The notes under the pieces are model-generated. The model ran no database searches, was not told where the DNA came from, and saw nothing but the letters and a program-made list of their open reading frames with translations. The position numbers were made by a program, and so were the translations under genes. DNA of 64,000 nucleotides, taken from assembly GCF_030684315.1 (NCBI RefSeq), contig NC_081375.1:13987581-14051580 (forward strand). Reading direction: 5' to 3'. This DNA is from Stegostoma tigrinum (taxonomy: Eukaryota). Shown here piece after piece: positions 14,520 through 27,019 of this stretch. Position 1 is the first letter of the stretch. The number at the start of each line of letters is the position of its first letter.

Positions 14520-14850
14520 ACAGCATGTCTGCAGAAGATAGCATCCAGGGGAAGCATGTGGGATGTGGGGAAGGTCAAGAACACATCCTTGGAGGCATTC
14601 CAAAGATGCTGGTGGTGTTTTTTTTTTGAAAGAAATCAGTCATTGATAAATGTCAGTTAAAATGAGGTGTGTAAGAAGTGCAAACAGAAATGAAGAATTG
14701 AGAGGTGATGGAGTCGGGTGGTGCCACAGTATCAATATAAGGCCGAAAGAGGTCAAGGAGAGCGCTCTAATCAAAGGTGTCTCTGTTTCTCTCTTTACAG
14801 GTGCTTCTACACCTGATGAGTTTGTCCAGCACACTGTTTCTGTCCGAAGC
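14520..14850. mobile_element. Very decayed Penelope-derived remnant
   Basis: Ends in ctctgtttctctctttacaggtgcttctacacctgatgagtttgtccagcacactgtttctg, similar to the other PLE termini in the window. Confidence 0.35.
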
Positions 14851-14860
14851 AGAGTAAGTA

Positions 14861-15526
14861 GCATTGTGTGTAAGATGAAGCCAATCCAAAAAGGATTTTA
14901 AACGTGGAGTTTTGAGAGAGTTGGGAGTGAATCAAACAGGTTTATGTAATATTCTTGTCCCACAACCAAGGTCACAATCTTCAACGTAATTCAAAAGTGC
15001 TGTTCAAGATCTTTCACAAAAATGAACCACCATAGAGACAATTTCGACAGGGTGAAAACATACACACACTCACTCCAAAGCATTTGGCAAAATATTCAAA
15101 GAGAAACTTTAAAGCAATGAGCTTAAAAAAAACCAGATTGTTCATCCAGCCTCACATTTTATTATCTTGGAATCTCCAGCATCTGCAGTTCCCATTATCT
15201 CTGATACTCACAGGTATGTTATACCAACTTTGGCCAGAATAACTGCTGCATTGTGTGTAAGATGAAGCCAATCCAAAAAGGATTTTAAACGTGGAGTTTT
15301 GAGAGAGTCGGGAGTGAATCAAACAGGTTTATGTAATATTCTTGTCCCACAACCAAGGTCACAATCTTCAACGTAATTCAAAAGTGCTGTTCAAGATCTT
15401 TCACAAAAATGAACCACCATAGAGACAATTTCGACAGGGTGAAAACATACACACACTCACTCCAAAGCATTTGGCAAAATATTCAAAGAGAAACTTTAAA
15501 GCAATGAGCTTAAAAAAAACCAGATT
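14861..15526 (+). repeat. ~279-bp near-identical direct duplication (14861-15139 and 15248-15526) bracketing a 68-bp Penelope 3' terminus
   Basis: Both copies run gcattgtgtgtaagatgaagcc...aaaaaaaaccagatt, with one substitution seen (gagttggg versus gagtcggg). Confidence 0.95.
15138..15206 (+). mobile_element. Extreme 3' end (with tail) of the young Penelope family
   Basis: tgttcatccagcctcacattttattatcttggaatctccagcatctgcagttcccattatctctgata is nearly identical to 39942-40010. Confidence 0.9.
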
Positions 15527-16689
15527 TTTCATTTCCCATTGTGCAGAATAAACACATCTACGGCACTCAACCTTTGAAAGCACTAGCAACAAACATCATT
15601 GAGGAATGCGACTAAAACCTTGGCTCTGTTGCTGAAACTTATTAAGCAAGCTCCTCTAAACAATTTTTCTTTGAGTTTCATCATTTTATTGCTTTTTTCA
15701 AAATAAATCTTTGAATAATGTTTCTGATAGATAGTGCCCCAACCAGATATCCTCCAGACCCCTCAGTACTCATTTCTACAGAAGGTACCTGAATAATTCA
15801 TTCAACTAGTGATCAGCTGCATTTAAATTTGCCGATTATTTTTTAAACTAACAATGGCCTTTTTAGCATTATAATGTTTATCAAAAGGGTTTTGACTTAT
15901 CAGTCATGATGCCAGTTCCAGGACTCAGGAACTTCGTTTATATGGATAGAGATGCTGTGCCCCGAGAGAAAAGGAGGCTCAGAGGAGATTTTCAAAGATA
16001 TCTTGGAAAGATATATCTTGGAAACCCATAAGACAACCAAGGTAATATAGTAAGTTAAAGAAGAAAGGAGCTTTGCCAGTGAGCAGTTGGTTAAAGCATG
16101 GAACTGAGCCGAGGGTTCTAGAGAAGATTGTCAACCAGAATAGCTTTAAGTTAGTCAACATTACATTTGCAGACAGACTCATATAGGATTCAATATCAAT
16201 GAAGAATAGCCAGCTAGCAGGCCTACAATAATGATACTCTAGAACACACAGAATTGGACATAATCTGCAAACACATGGAAGGTGATCATGGCTTGCAAAT
16301 GGAGCTACCCAAAAGTAGGAAGCAAGTGAGAAACAATAACAAGCAAAGGATTTAACCTTCATTTGATCTGGTATGTTAGAACAGAGATGCAGTGGAAATT
16401 CAGTGATTCTGAAGCGGAAATATAGAGATCAAAATGAAACGGGCAACATTACTAAACAAGGCAGAAAGATTGAGGATGGCAAGGCAGAAGAGATAAAACT
16501 GCCTTCATTCCAGATACAAAGTTCCCTTCCTCATAACTCCTCGAATATTCAGCCTTAAGTGTGATATTTTAAAAGCTGAACCTTGGAATGAAACATTTTC
16601 TGAGGATACCAGTATAATACGCTTAGGCATGCACGCAACATTTGTGAATTTCTTGATATCTTGGTTAAATTTGTGTAGAATTACAGAAC

Positions 16690-17100
16690 TAATTTAGAAT
16701 GTTTATAACAAAGGAGGCCATTCAGCCTGCAAAGTAGTCGCTAGCTGACTGCAAGAGTAATTTAGGTAGTCCTACACACCCATCCTTTTCTGTGACCCTG
16801 AAAACATTTTGTTTCAAATACCCATCTAATTCCCTCTGTGAGCGATGCTTGACTTTGCTTCTGTTTCCCTGTTGAGCAGTGCATTCCTGATTGCAACAAC
16901 TTGTTGTATTTAAAAGCTTTTATGTCACCTTTGATACTGTCAACAATCACCTAAAACTGGTGTTTCCCAGTTCTCAACATTCCCACCAATGGGAATGGTT
17001 TATGTCTACCCCTTCTGATTTTGAACACTATTATCAAATCTCCTATCAACATCCTATGCACCAAGAATAATTTCAACTTCTCCAATCTACCTGCGTAAAT
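16690..17100 (-). mobile_element. Old CR1 3' fragment
   Basis: aaaggaggccattcagcc terminus and a decayed RT C-terminal region. Confidence 0.55.
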
Positions 17101-17269
17101 CAAGTATGTTTAACCTTTGACAAAGCTGGTGTGCTCAATAGCTGTACTGAATAATACGCAAACAAATCCCAGTTGTTGCCAAACTAAACCAAAAGATAAT
17201 TTTAATGAGCATCCTTGTGAGGAAAATAAAATCATCTTTTCTGTAGAACGAAGCAACCACATTACTTAC

Positions 17270-17380
17270 ACTATCTACAGCCAAGATCTTTGCCCAAATG
17301 AAAACCAGGAGGGGCCTTAATTCTCGAGCTGAACTCTGAAGCAGTTTCAAAACATATGGGAAAATACCAACAGATAATGC
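17270..17380 (-). CDS. RPTOR: RPTOR coding exon (~exon 13, 111 nt): [37 protein letters not shown]
   Basis: Overlaps ORF 17135..17350; ttccttgacag| acceptor and |gtaagt donor. Confidence 0.97.
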
Positions 17381-17780
17381 CTGTCAAGGAAAAATACAGA
17401 TGAAAGAAAATGAGATGCTAAAGAAGTGGCCTGCATCAAAATCAACAACAGAATATCATTTAGCTTGCCAAGTCATTCCCAGTTGAGATTGCTCACTTTC
17501 CAGAAGTAGAATCCAATAAAATGCAACAAAATTTAACTTCTAGAAAGAAAGTAAAAAATAAACTTAACAAATAATGGTGGTCCGAGTGTCAAACTTACTT
17601 GTTCACAAGCAAAAAGAAAATACATTTTAGCACAAATTATCTAATGAGTCTTAAGTTCTGAAAATTCAAAGAATGGTGGATTGCAGTAGGAAAATACAAT
17701 GACCTCAACACAGTTATGATACATTGAATAGAAAGATGAATGAAATCCATTAAACCTTCATGTTAGAATATGGGACATAC

Positions 17781-17864
17781 TAGACTCACGGCCCAGGGAC
17801 CCAAATCTAAAAATCTTCCCAACAAATCCAGTGCTCGCAGCCGGTGGACCTGGCTAAGCAGCAC
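17781..17864 (-). CDS. RPTOR: RPTOR coding exon (~exon 12, 84 nt): [28 protein letters not shown]
   Basis: Manual translation; tctctctag| acceptor and |gtatgt donor. Confidence 0.96.
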
Positions 17865-18229
17865 CTAGAGAGAATAGGAAATAAATAATTAGCACAAGAT
17901 AGCAAAGTTCAAGTTTTTCCATTGGATATTGCGTATTGTGTACTAATCCACCATCCAGTTTCATTTGCTTTATGAGACAAACAACAGAATTAAATAGCAT
18001 GATATTCAAACCACGAATCAAATTAATTTCTGTTTACATTTTAAGTAACTGAAGTCTAAATTATGGTAGCAGCTAGCAACTTAGCATGTAATGGAAAAAA
18101 AAATGATCACTCAGTTTAATTCAGGAGACTTAATATAATAATATGATAATATAAATTCTTGCACAGGAACACAAAAGCACGATGAAGGGACTAAGTTAAT
18201 CGTTGCTAAATTTGCAGAATGCTCAATGA

Positions 18230-18725
18230 TGGGTAGAAGTTTAGAAGGATGAGAAGTAACATACTGAGACACACAAGGAGGGGATTTAATAGGGTGGATT
18301 CTGAAAGGGCATTTCCCTTTGTGAGAGAGGCTAGTTCTAGAAGACAGTTTAAAAATAAAGGGTCACCTATTTAGAACCAAGAGGAGTTCATTTTTCCCCA
18401 CACTGGATCATGAATCTTTAAAGTTCTCTTCCCTAAATGGTTGAGGAGGGATCACTAAAGATTTTTTAAGGCAGAGGTAGACAGATTCAGAACCAATGAA
18501 AGAGAATAAAATGCTATCACAGTCAGCAGGAATACAAAGTTCAGGTTACAATCAGATCTTAATGAATAGCACAGCAAGTGCAAGGGCCAAATGGCCTGTA
18601 CCACAATACGCAGGAGCAGAAGTAGGCCATTCACCCAAACAAGTCTGTTTTGCCATTCAAATCATGGCTTATTTGATAATCTTCAAATCCATTTTCCTGC
18701 CTTTTCCCCATAACCTTACTGATTG
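18230..18725. mobile_element. Two old CR1 3' fragments, tail to tail (plus 18230-18600, minus 18605-18725)
   Basis: aagggccaaatggcctg terminus followed by ggagcagaagtaggccattcaccc terminus. Confidence 0.55.
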
Positions 18726-19966
18726 AAGATGGACATTCCATGTTCATTGGTTAACTTCTAATATCTTACGCACACTCAAGAATTAAATTTACACAGAACA
18801 TAAGTCATCTATTGTCTTTAAAAAAATACACAATGGCAGGTCAGACCAAGCACCAGGAGTGCCTAAGTTGTGTGGGTTGAATCTGATCTGTTTCCTGATT
18901 TTGAAATGAGCCAAGGACAGTGTTAAATAATGTATGAACAATTGCTTGAAAATAAATCTGCAGGCTCAAAAAGCTGATGACTTTATCACTGTTAGCAGAA
19001 AATGCTGACACCAACCTGCCTCTGTCCCAGTTAGAATCTGCAATGTCATGCACAATAGTGTCTGAGAATGGACACCTGTCTCTAATCTGCTTATCTTCAG
19101 TTAGTCATCAACTTGTTCAACATCTAGTGCTACTACCTCACCTTGACTGTAGCTCCACAATCAGGATACATGAGAATAATGAGAGCAATATAAAGAGCAG
19201 AGAAAACAGGAGAATAGGGGAAGATACAAACACAAGGGAGGAACAACAAGACAGAAACAGAGCCAAACAACCAAACATTTACAGTGAGAAAAATATGGTC
19301 AGATAAGACTGGAGGTTCTGAAAGCTTGAGTACTTCCATGAAAAGCAGGCTGCCCTATTTCTATTATCAAAACTACTGCAAACAGAACTTAAGACCCAAT
19401 ATATTCCTCAAGTAAGAGATTTTTCAATCCAGCCAAAACTTTCTTTCAACAATAAAACTTGTTGGAAGATATCACTAAACTATGTAAGACTTATTTCAGG
19501 GCCCAGTTACCTAAAAATAGGCACTGGCTAAGTAATTCTAAGATAGTTTATTAAAGATATTAAGAAACAGATTTTGGTTTTTGCTGACAGTGTTGGTCTA
19601 TTTCAGTTCCAATGTCACAAAGCATTCGGTCACCTCCTCAACACAGCCGCCATACTAGTCCACTACCACACATCCAATGTACAGCTTTACTTCTGGGAGC
19701 CGATTTATCAGCTGTTTGAACCTTCTGGTCCAACAAATGTATGAAAACTACCCAGCATATCAGAATGTATACATAGCTCTCTGCCTATCACCCAAATGAG
19801 ATTAACTTTAATTCTTTTGGGATGCTCGAATGCACAAAACCCACAACAAAATTCCCTAGTGACAGATCAGAATTATACTGGATCTGCAACCTTGCTAATC
19901 TTTATCTCCATCAAATTGTTTATGTCTTTGTGAAGAGAGGGAATCAATGCTGCATGAGCTAAGTTT

Positions 19967-20947
19967 TCTTATGAAGTAGAGGGTGCCACCCCCACCCCAC
20001 ACCTGCCGAAAGCGAAAACCAAAACACCCAGAAAGGAGCACCTCACCTTATAATCTGTAAAAAGAAATGAGCAAATTGGTCTAACCTGCCTTTCAGCAGC
20101 TTCTGGTGGTGAAAATAAAATAAATCCCGGACACTCACTTTACAATCAACAAGTAACAATTCATCTAACTCTAAGTGAGCAAATTAATTAAACTTAACAA
20201 ACCCCCTTTTAACTACTAACTAATCCTGAATAAAACAAGATTTGAATGGTATGCTGTTCTAATAAATAGAAGTCCCACTTACATAAAATAAAACAATACA
20301 ATTTAGTCTCATGAAATTACAGCCAGGTTACGTGTGTTCCAGAATATTCTGTGAATTCTCTGTCAAATGTTCTGTTAGGAACTCTTTCTCCGTTGATTCT
20401 TCTGCCAGGAATATTAACTAGTTGTGCCATAGATACATTTGTTCTTTTGATGGTGGTTTCTCTAAGACTTTGAGAAGACTGTGAGAGCCAGCGATTCTTT
20501 CTTGAGAGCTATTAACTCCAGCAGATGACAGTTAGCCCTCCTGTCTTTGTCCCACTGCCCTCCTCTTTTATACCCTTGATGACATATTAATTTCCTACAC
20601 TAGAATAGGTTCTATGTTGTCAAAACCATCAGATTTAAACTTACTTAGTCTTTGGTATCTAAGTGCCTCATTCAAATTGATTGACTAAATTCAAAACTTG
20701 TCGACAAAACAAAATGGCTTGGCCCGTAAACTACGACCTTTTGATACAAATGTTTCAGTTTGAATGTTCTCTGTATTTGTAAACTTTCAAGCTGCACACA
20801 GATATTCTTTTCAAAATCTCTAAGCATGGAAACAAAACCACGTCAGCTTTTAAAGGGACCATGCAATGCTTTCTCCCCTAACATTTTACCAACACCAAAT
20901 TCTAACTTCCTGCCTCCCAATTCGCAAGCACTCTACCCAACTTCACA
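19967..20947 (-). repeat. 3' LTR of the Gypsy element
   Basis: Starts TGTGAAG directly after polypurine tract AAGGAGGGAGG (minus strand); aligns by eye with 24514-25580. Confidence 0.75.
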
Positions 20948-23548
20948 CCTCCCTCCTTAAAAAGGATGAACCATCATTATGAAAAGATGGCTTCTTTTTT
21001 TTCAAACCTTAACTCCACTATATTCCTAGATCCATAGTGGTTTATCTAGAATTACACATTTTACATCAATTCGTATATATACACAAAACATTGAACACCA
21101 CTGTTTCCATCTTATATAAACGTATTTCTTTTAAATCCGTGGTAACATTTTCATGGTCCACAAAATATGTGCAACCTGTAAATTAAATGCTTGTAATATG
21201 AGACACCAAAGAAATAATCTGGTGTTCTTGTCCTTAAATCATTCCAGAAATATCAAAGGATTGTGATCAGGACACACAATTGTCTCTGATGCATTGTTTG
21301 CAACATAAATATTAAAATGTTGTAAGACCATTACCAAACTCAATAACTCTTTTTCAATGGTTGAATACTTTCTTCCACTTCCTTATGAAGCTGGGCTGTT
21401 TTGTTAGGATTAAGCCTGTAGAGGTATTGTTTTATTGGAACAACATTCTTATGCCAACCTCATGTACGATGGCATTAGTCCCCCACATTCTAATCCTACA
21501 TATGTCCTCATAGCATTGTAACAAGTCTTTCAATTCAATTTTTTGTTCCTGGGGCAGATAGCTTACTACCTTATTCCATTCCTTAAGAACTTCCTCATCA
21601 TTCAATTTATTCTAAGGCACTTCAAAATCCAAATCATCTGGATTTGATTTCTCACTCCGAGCTGTAGTAAATAATATGTTTCCCCATTCCGTTTTCCTGT
21701 CATGGTAATGGTTCAGCATGATCACATAGCATACCTGATAAATGTTTTTTCTATCTGGCATCTTTACCGGATAATTCAACTGACTCAACTTTATCTCAAT
21801 CTGACAGTGACCACTAAACTTGCTTTAAGGGATCTCCTACCACTGGTAACAGCACCAATACTTTATCCCCACAGCAAATGTACAAACTTAAGATTTCTTA
21901 CCTGCTTTTTGCTTCCTTGGATCTTGTGCCACCTTCAAATGTTGTCTAACTAATTCAACTACTCTCTTTAATCTTTCTCTCACTTTAGACACATAATCCG
22001 ACTGTGATATCTCTGATTTCGTACCTATCAACTTTCCCTTAATTAATTTTAAAGGCCCTCTTACTTCGTGTCCAAATATCAATTCAAATGCAGTAAACTG
22101 AATTGATTTATTTGAAGCATTTATAATAGCAAATAATATAAATGGGATACCTTTATCCCATCATTTGGGTAATCCTAGCCTCAGCATTGCCTTTAGGGTC
22201 TGATGCCACCTTTCCAATGCTCCCTGGGATTCAGGGTGGTATGCACTTGATTTAAAAAGTGTTGGATGTCTGTACTATCCATGACCTCCTCAAATAATAT
22301 GGCAGTAAAATTTGACACTTGGTTTGACTTAATCTCCCTGTGTAGCCCATAATGGGTATAGAAAGCAAGCAATGCCTCTGCAATCTTTTCTATCTTAATA
22401 TTCTATAATAGAATTGCCTCCGGAAACCTGGTGGACACATCATTATGGTTAGCAAATACTAGTTCCTTCTTTTGGCTTTAGGGAGGGGATCTACACAATC
22501 AATTATAACTCGTGCAGAAGGTTTTGCAAATGTGGGAATCAGCATCAAAATTATTGGTTTTATTACTGCCTGTGGCTTTCCTACCATCTGACACGTATGA
22601 CAGATATGGCAAAATTCAACCATAACTCTACGTAATCCAGACCAATAGAAATGCTTCTGTATCTTAGCACAAGTCCTCCTCACTCCTACATGACCCTCTA
22701 CAGGTAATTTGCGTGCTATCTTTGGTTTAACTCCTCAGTATCTGGATTTCTGTCATCTTCTCCACTACAACGGTAATCACTCCCACCTTGGATTCTGCTC
22801 GGCCATTTCCAATAACAAAATATCTTCCTGGAACAGACCCTCCTTCAGTCACAACCTACTGTCAATTGCCCAGTCTTGATTCGACTTTCTAGCCTTAGCT
22901 TACACAGGGAACGCTAAATCTCTCTCCTTATATTCCACAGATTATCACTGTCTCCGGTAACATTTCAGAAGGAGAGCAAATATTTTCAACATTTACTATT
23001 AGAGACCGACCAGCTCGCGTAACTCTCAACATTGTAACTTCTTTACCTACTGCTCTTGTTCTACCTGAGTAAACCTTACCCACACAGGTGAAGTCTTTGA
23101 AAAGGTCAGGCATTATTTTGCTACCCAGCAGGTAACTCAGCTTTGTGCTCTCCTTCAGCTCCTCAACTTGTCTTGGAATTTCCTTTACGGCCTCAACTAA
23201 TCCTATTGGTTTAGCCTCTGTCACCTCATCCTTTTTCCCCAGTAGCTTTCTTAATCCACCAGCACTGTAACTTTGTGCGTCGCCCACGATTACGTGGAAA
23301 TACCAGAGGCCTTTTGCCATTGTTTCACCCACTTGGGTTTTATCCCCCCCACATTTGGTAAGCTGTTTCCAGTGTGATCTACTTATTGTATCTCATTGAA
23401 GGATCTCCGTTTTTCCCAATTTCTCTCTCTCACAGAATAAAATTGCTTTCAGAAGCTAGATTTCACTTTATGCACTAATATGTATTCACTTGCCATCTCT
23501 GCAGCTTTTCTCGCTGTTTTAACTTTCTGCCTCAACAATGAGTTCTTA

Positions 23549-23794
23549 TCAATATAGTGTGGAGCTGGAGGAACACAGCAGGTCAGGCAGCAGAGGAGGA
23601 GGAGGACAGTTGATGTTGTGGGTCCAGGCCCTTCATCAGGGCAGGGAAATCCAGTTCTGGGAAGCCCACCCCTGAGGAAGGGTCCCAACCTGAAACACTG
23701 ACTCTCCTGCTCTTCTGATGCTGCCTGATCTGCTGTGTTCCTCCAGTTCCACACTGTATTGACTGACTCCAGCATCTGTAGTTCTTGCTATCTC
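23549..23794. mobile_element. Short fold-back Penelope-derived insertion in Gypsy gag
   Basis: Inverted arms (gtgtggagctggaggaacacagcag / ctgctgtgttcctccagttccacac), tail on the right arm only, TSD atgagttctta at 23538-23548 and 23795-23805. Confidence 0.88.
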
Positions 23795-24492
23795 ATGAGT
23801 TCTTACCACTTCCGCAAGTGAGTTTTTAAACTCCTCCAGCAGAATAATCTCTCTAAGATCCTCATATGTCTTTTCTATCTTTAACGCTCTCGCCCATTTA
23901 GCGAATTTGCGATGTTAAACTCCTTTAAATTCAACAAGTCTGACACAAGTTCCTTCTTTATATTTCTGAACTGTTGACTATATGCTTCTGGTATCAATTT
24001 GTAGGCACTCAAAACAGCCTGTTTTACTTCGTCATATTCCCCTGACACCACCTTTGACAGCACTGCAAACACCTCTCCAGTCCTGCCTACCAAATTGGTC
24101 TGAATTAACATTACCCACAGTCTCTGGCCAGTTAATTTGGTTCGCCAATTTCTCAAAAGAAATGAAAAAGGCTTCTGCATCTTTTTCATCAAATTTTGGT
24201 AATGTTTTGACATATTTCAGCTTTCCTCTTACCCTGTTTGCAAAGTTTAAAAGTATATCCTTCCTCTGTCTTTCAAAACTTTCTTGGCAAATTTGGGGAG
24301 CATCTTCAAACCTCAGAATCTCTTCGGCAATGTTAAGAGCCATTTCACCAAATTTTGATTTAAACAACAAAATGTAACAGAAATTAAACAGATTTTCCAC
24401 TTCTCACCTAAGCTTTATTTAAAAATCTAGGACACTAATCCCAAGTCTGTTCAAATCTGTCCAAATCCAGATCCAATACACAAACTGGCCAG

Positions 24493-24513
24493 ATCCCAGG
24501 GCCAAGCCCCCCA
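24493..24513 (-). promoter_or_regulatory. Primer-binding site, tRNA-Pro-like
   Basis: Minus strand TGGGGGGCTTGGCCCTGGGAT versus canonical tRNA-Pro PBS TGGGGGCTCGTCCGGGAT, immediately after the LTR. Confidence 0.7.
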
Positions 24514-25580
24514 GTTACAAAAGGAGTGGTCGAAACCCCCTCTGATAACTAATTCTGAAATAGAGAAGCTCATCTTGCATCATAATCTATTAAAGAAGTG
24601 ATTAAGTGAAAGAAATTCCTGATATTCACTTCATAATCAACAAGTTACGATTTATTTAACTAACGCTAACAGTTAACATACAAGCAGAACTAACAAACTG
24701 AACAATTGCTACAAACTATTCCCAAATAAAACAAAATTGTAATGCAATGCCATTCCAATAGATAAAAGTTCCATTTATACAAACCAAATTAATAAAAAGA
24801 AAGGCTTAATTTCTCAAAATTACGGCTGGAATAAGTCTTCCGGAATGTCCGGAGCATTCTCCACTGTCCCCCATTCAGGAGCACCTTCCTCCAACGAATT
24901 TTTGAGTTAGGAATATTAGCCAAGAGTGCTGCAGTCCATTTATATCGATGGTGCTTACCTTGAGATCTTAGAAATTTCTGAGAGAGATAGGGATTTTCTC
25001 TTTTAGGGCTGACGGCTATTGAGAGCTATTCTCTTACTAGATGGCAGTTTGCCCTCTTCTCTTATACCTTTGATGATCTATTAATTTATTACAATAGGAT
25101 TGGTCTGAATTTGTCAAAACCATCAGGTTTAAATTTAATTGGGTTTGTCATCTAGGGCCTGGTTTAAGTCAATTAGCTAAATTCAAAAACCTGTTGTCTT
25201 GGTAACAATGTTGCTTTGTCTGTTAGCAGTATAGCCTTTTGATACAATGTTTCAATTTTACAACTCTTGTGTATCTGTGGCGGCCTGCAGACATTTATTT
25301 GTCATCTCCAAGCCTAAGAAAACACATCTTTTTAGAGGGACCACACACTCCTTTCCCCTATCATTTTACAAACAAATTCTCACGTCCTGTCTTCTAATCC
25401 ACAAATATTACACCCACTTCACAACAACAGTTGCTAACAGACATCCTTTTTAAATCTCTGAGTATAGCAAAAGCACGTCATCGTTTAAAAAGACCATACA
25501 ATGCTTTTCCCCTTAACATTTTACAAACAACAAATTATAATTTCCTGCCTCCCAATTCACAAACACTCCGCCCAACTTTC
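24514..25580 (-). repeat. 5' LTR of the Gypsy element (two candidate 5' starts, 25423 and ~25580)
   Basis: Homologous to 19967-20947 (e.g. ataatcaacaagt, tgtcaaaaccatcag, cttttgataca); directly precedes the PBS. Confidence 0.72.
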
Positions 25581-26186
25581 TGAAAGTTTTGTTTTCGGAA
25601 AATACACATTGAACAGGAAATGCTAGTTTTTGTTTTAAGGTCTTGATTTGCTTTCCCCACAACCAACATATCTCTTTCACATTATCACTGCATCTAGAAT
25701 CAATGAAAGAATTCAACAGAATGAACTTCTAATGAGAAAAGCCAACAGGAATTTCAAGCTCAAATGCCTCACCACGTCATGTTGCTCCTTCTCAACTATT
25801 TATTCCAACTGAATGGATACAGGTTCCATTCTGCAAGTTCACAGTTGCTACATGAACATTTTTCTTCATCACTGAATACTTCATGCTCCTGGCAATAACT
25901 TGATGTCTTCTAATCCCAGATGAAGCCAAAATGTCACCAGGCTAAAATCCTAAAATGAAGCCTCAAAGAATACATTTGTCAAGAATAATGAACCAATATG
26001 GTTTTTGAATGAATATTTACCCTGTGAAATCCAAACCAATTAATCAATATAATTTTTCCTCATGGTCAGTGACAAAAGACAGTCTGCACAGCTGTTAATA
26101 TTATAAAAGAACTACAATAATTTAGATCTGGTCATGCAATTTCTAAGTCACAGTAATTTTCATTTTAATACAGATAATACACTCAC

Positions 26187-26288
26187 CTGCAAGACGATTG
26201 GCAGCTGTTCTGGTGGATTCCTGTTCTCAACACCCATTGTCAGCCAGACCTGAAACGCTGTTAGCTGCTCAGCAAAGAATGGGCTATG
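26187..26288 (-). CDS. RPTOR: RPTOR coding exon (~exon 11, 102 nt): [34 protein letters not shown]
   Basis: Contained in ORF 26160..26453; ctcttttccag| acceptor and |gtgagt donor. Confidence 0.97.
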
Positions 26289-27019
26289 CTGGAAAAGAGG
26301 CAATTTATGGCCTTGAGCATCCATGCAATCAGCTGGAAAGATTTGTGCAATACCTAACTGCATCAGCACGAGCTGATAGTTAAACTGTATCAACAAGGGC
26401 TTTAAAATATATTTAATAGTGTTGAAAATCAGCAGGCCACAATGAACTGACATGAAACTTTCAGCATTTTAAGAGATTTAATGGACAAATACTATGAAGG
26501 AGCTATTTCTAAAAAGAGAACTCATTCCTTCAATAGATTCTGTACCATCTGTTTAAGTATAAAAGGTGAAAGAGTCAATTCAATAATCATTTCCTTTAAG
26601 GTGGTGAATAGTATTGTATTGACACTAAAGCTGCAGTACAAACATATCTGAGCCTTCCATTCATTGAGGGATGAGAAGAACTCAACAAATCTCATTTCAA
26701 CTGAAAGTGATTCATAAATCAAAAGTGCTGTTGCAACTTGTATAATGTGTCTATATGAACTGATACGAAAGCATGTCACTGTGATTGTACAGTATTCATT
26801 CATTTATAATTTCTCCAACACTGAAACTGTCTTTGCCCACATTAGCAATCATATATGGATTAATAAAGTAAGTCAGACTGCATAACGTCAGACAATGATC
26901 ATCTCTATCACAAGACAGAATCCAGTGACCTCTTTTACAGCATTCCCATAACTGAATCCCTCGCCATCAACATTTTAGCTGTTAGAACTGACAGTAACAC
27001 AATCAGCTTCGCTATTTAA

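Larger units (their letters stand above)
19967..25580 (-). mobile_element. Decayed Gmr1-like Ty3/Gypsy LTR retrotransposon (gag-PR-IN-RT-RH order)
   Basis: gag LPKFDEKDAEAFFISFEKLA (24400-23300); protease-like region 22930-23100; integrase KHFYWSGLRR..CHICHTCQMVGKP..IIDCVDPLPK (22700-21900); RT start PIKQYLYRLNP (~21400-21450); RNase H YSTIEKELLSLV...DHNPL (21130-21375); LTRs, PBS and PPT present. Confidence 0.88.
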
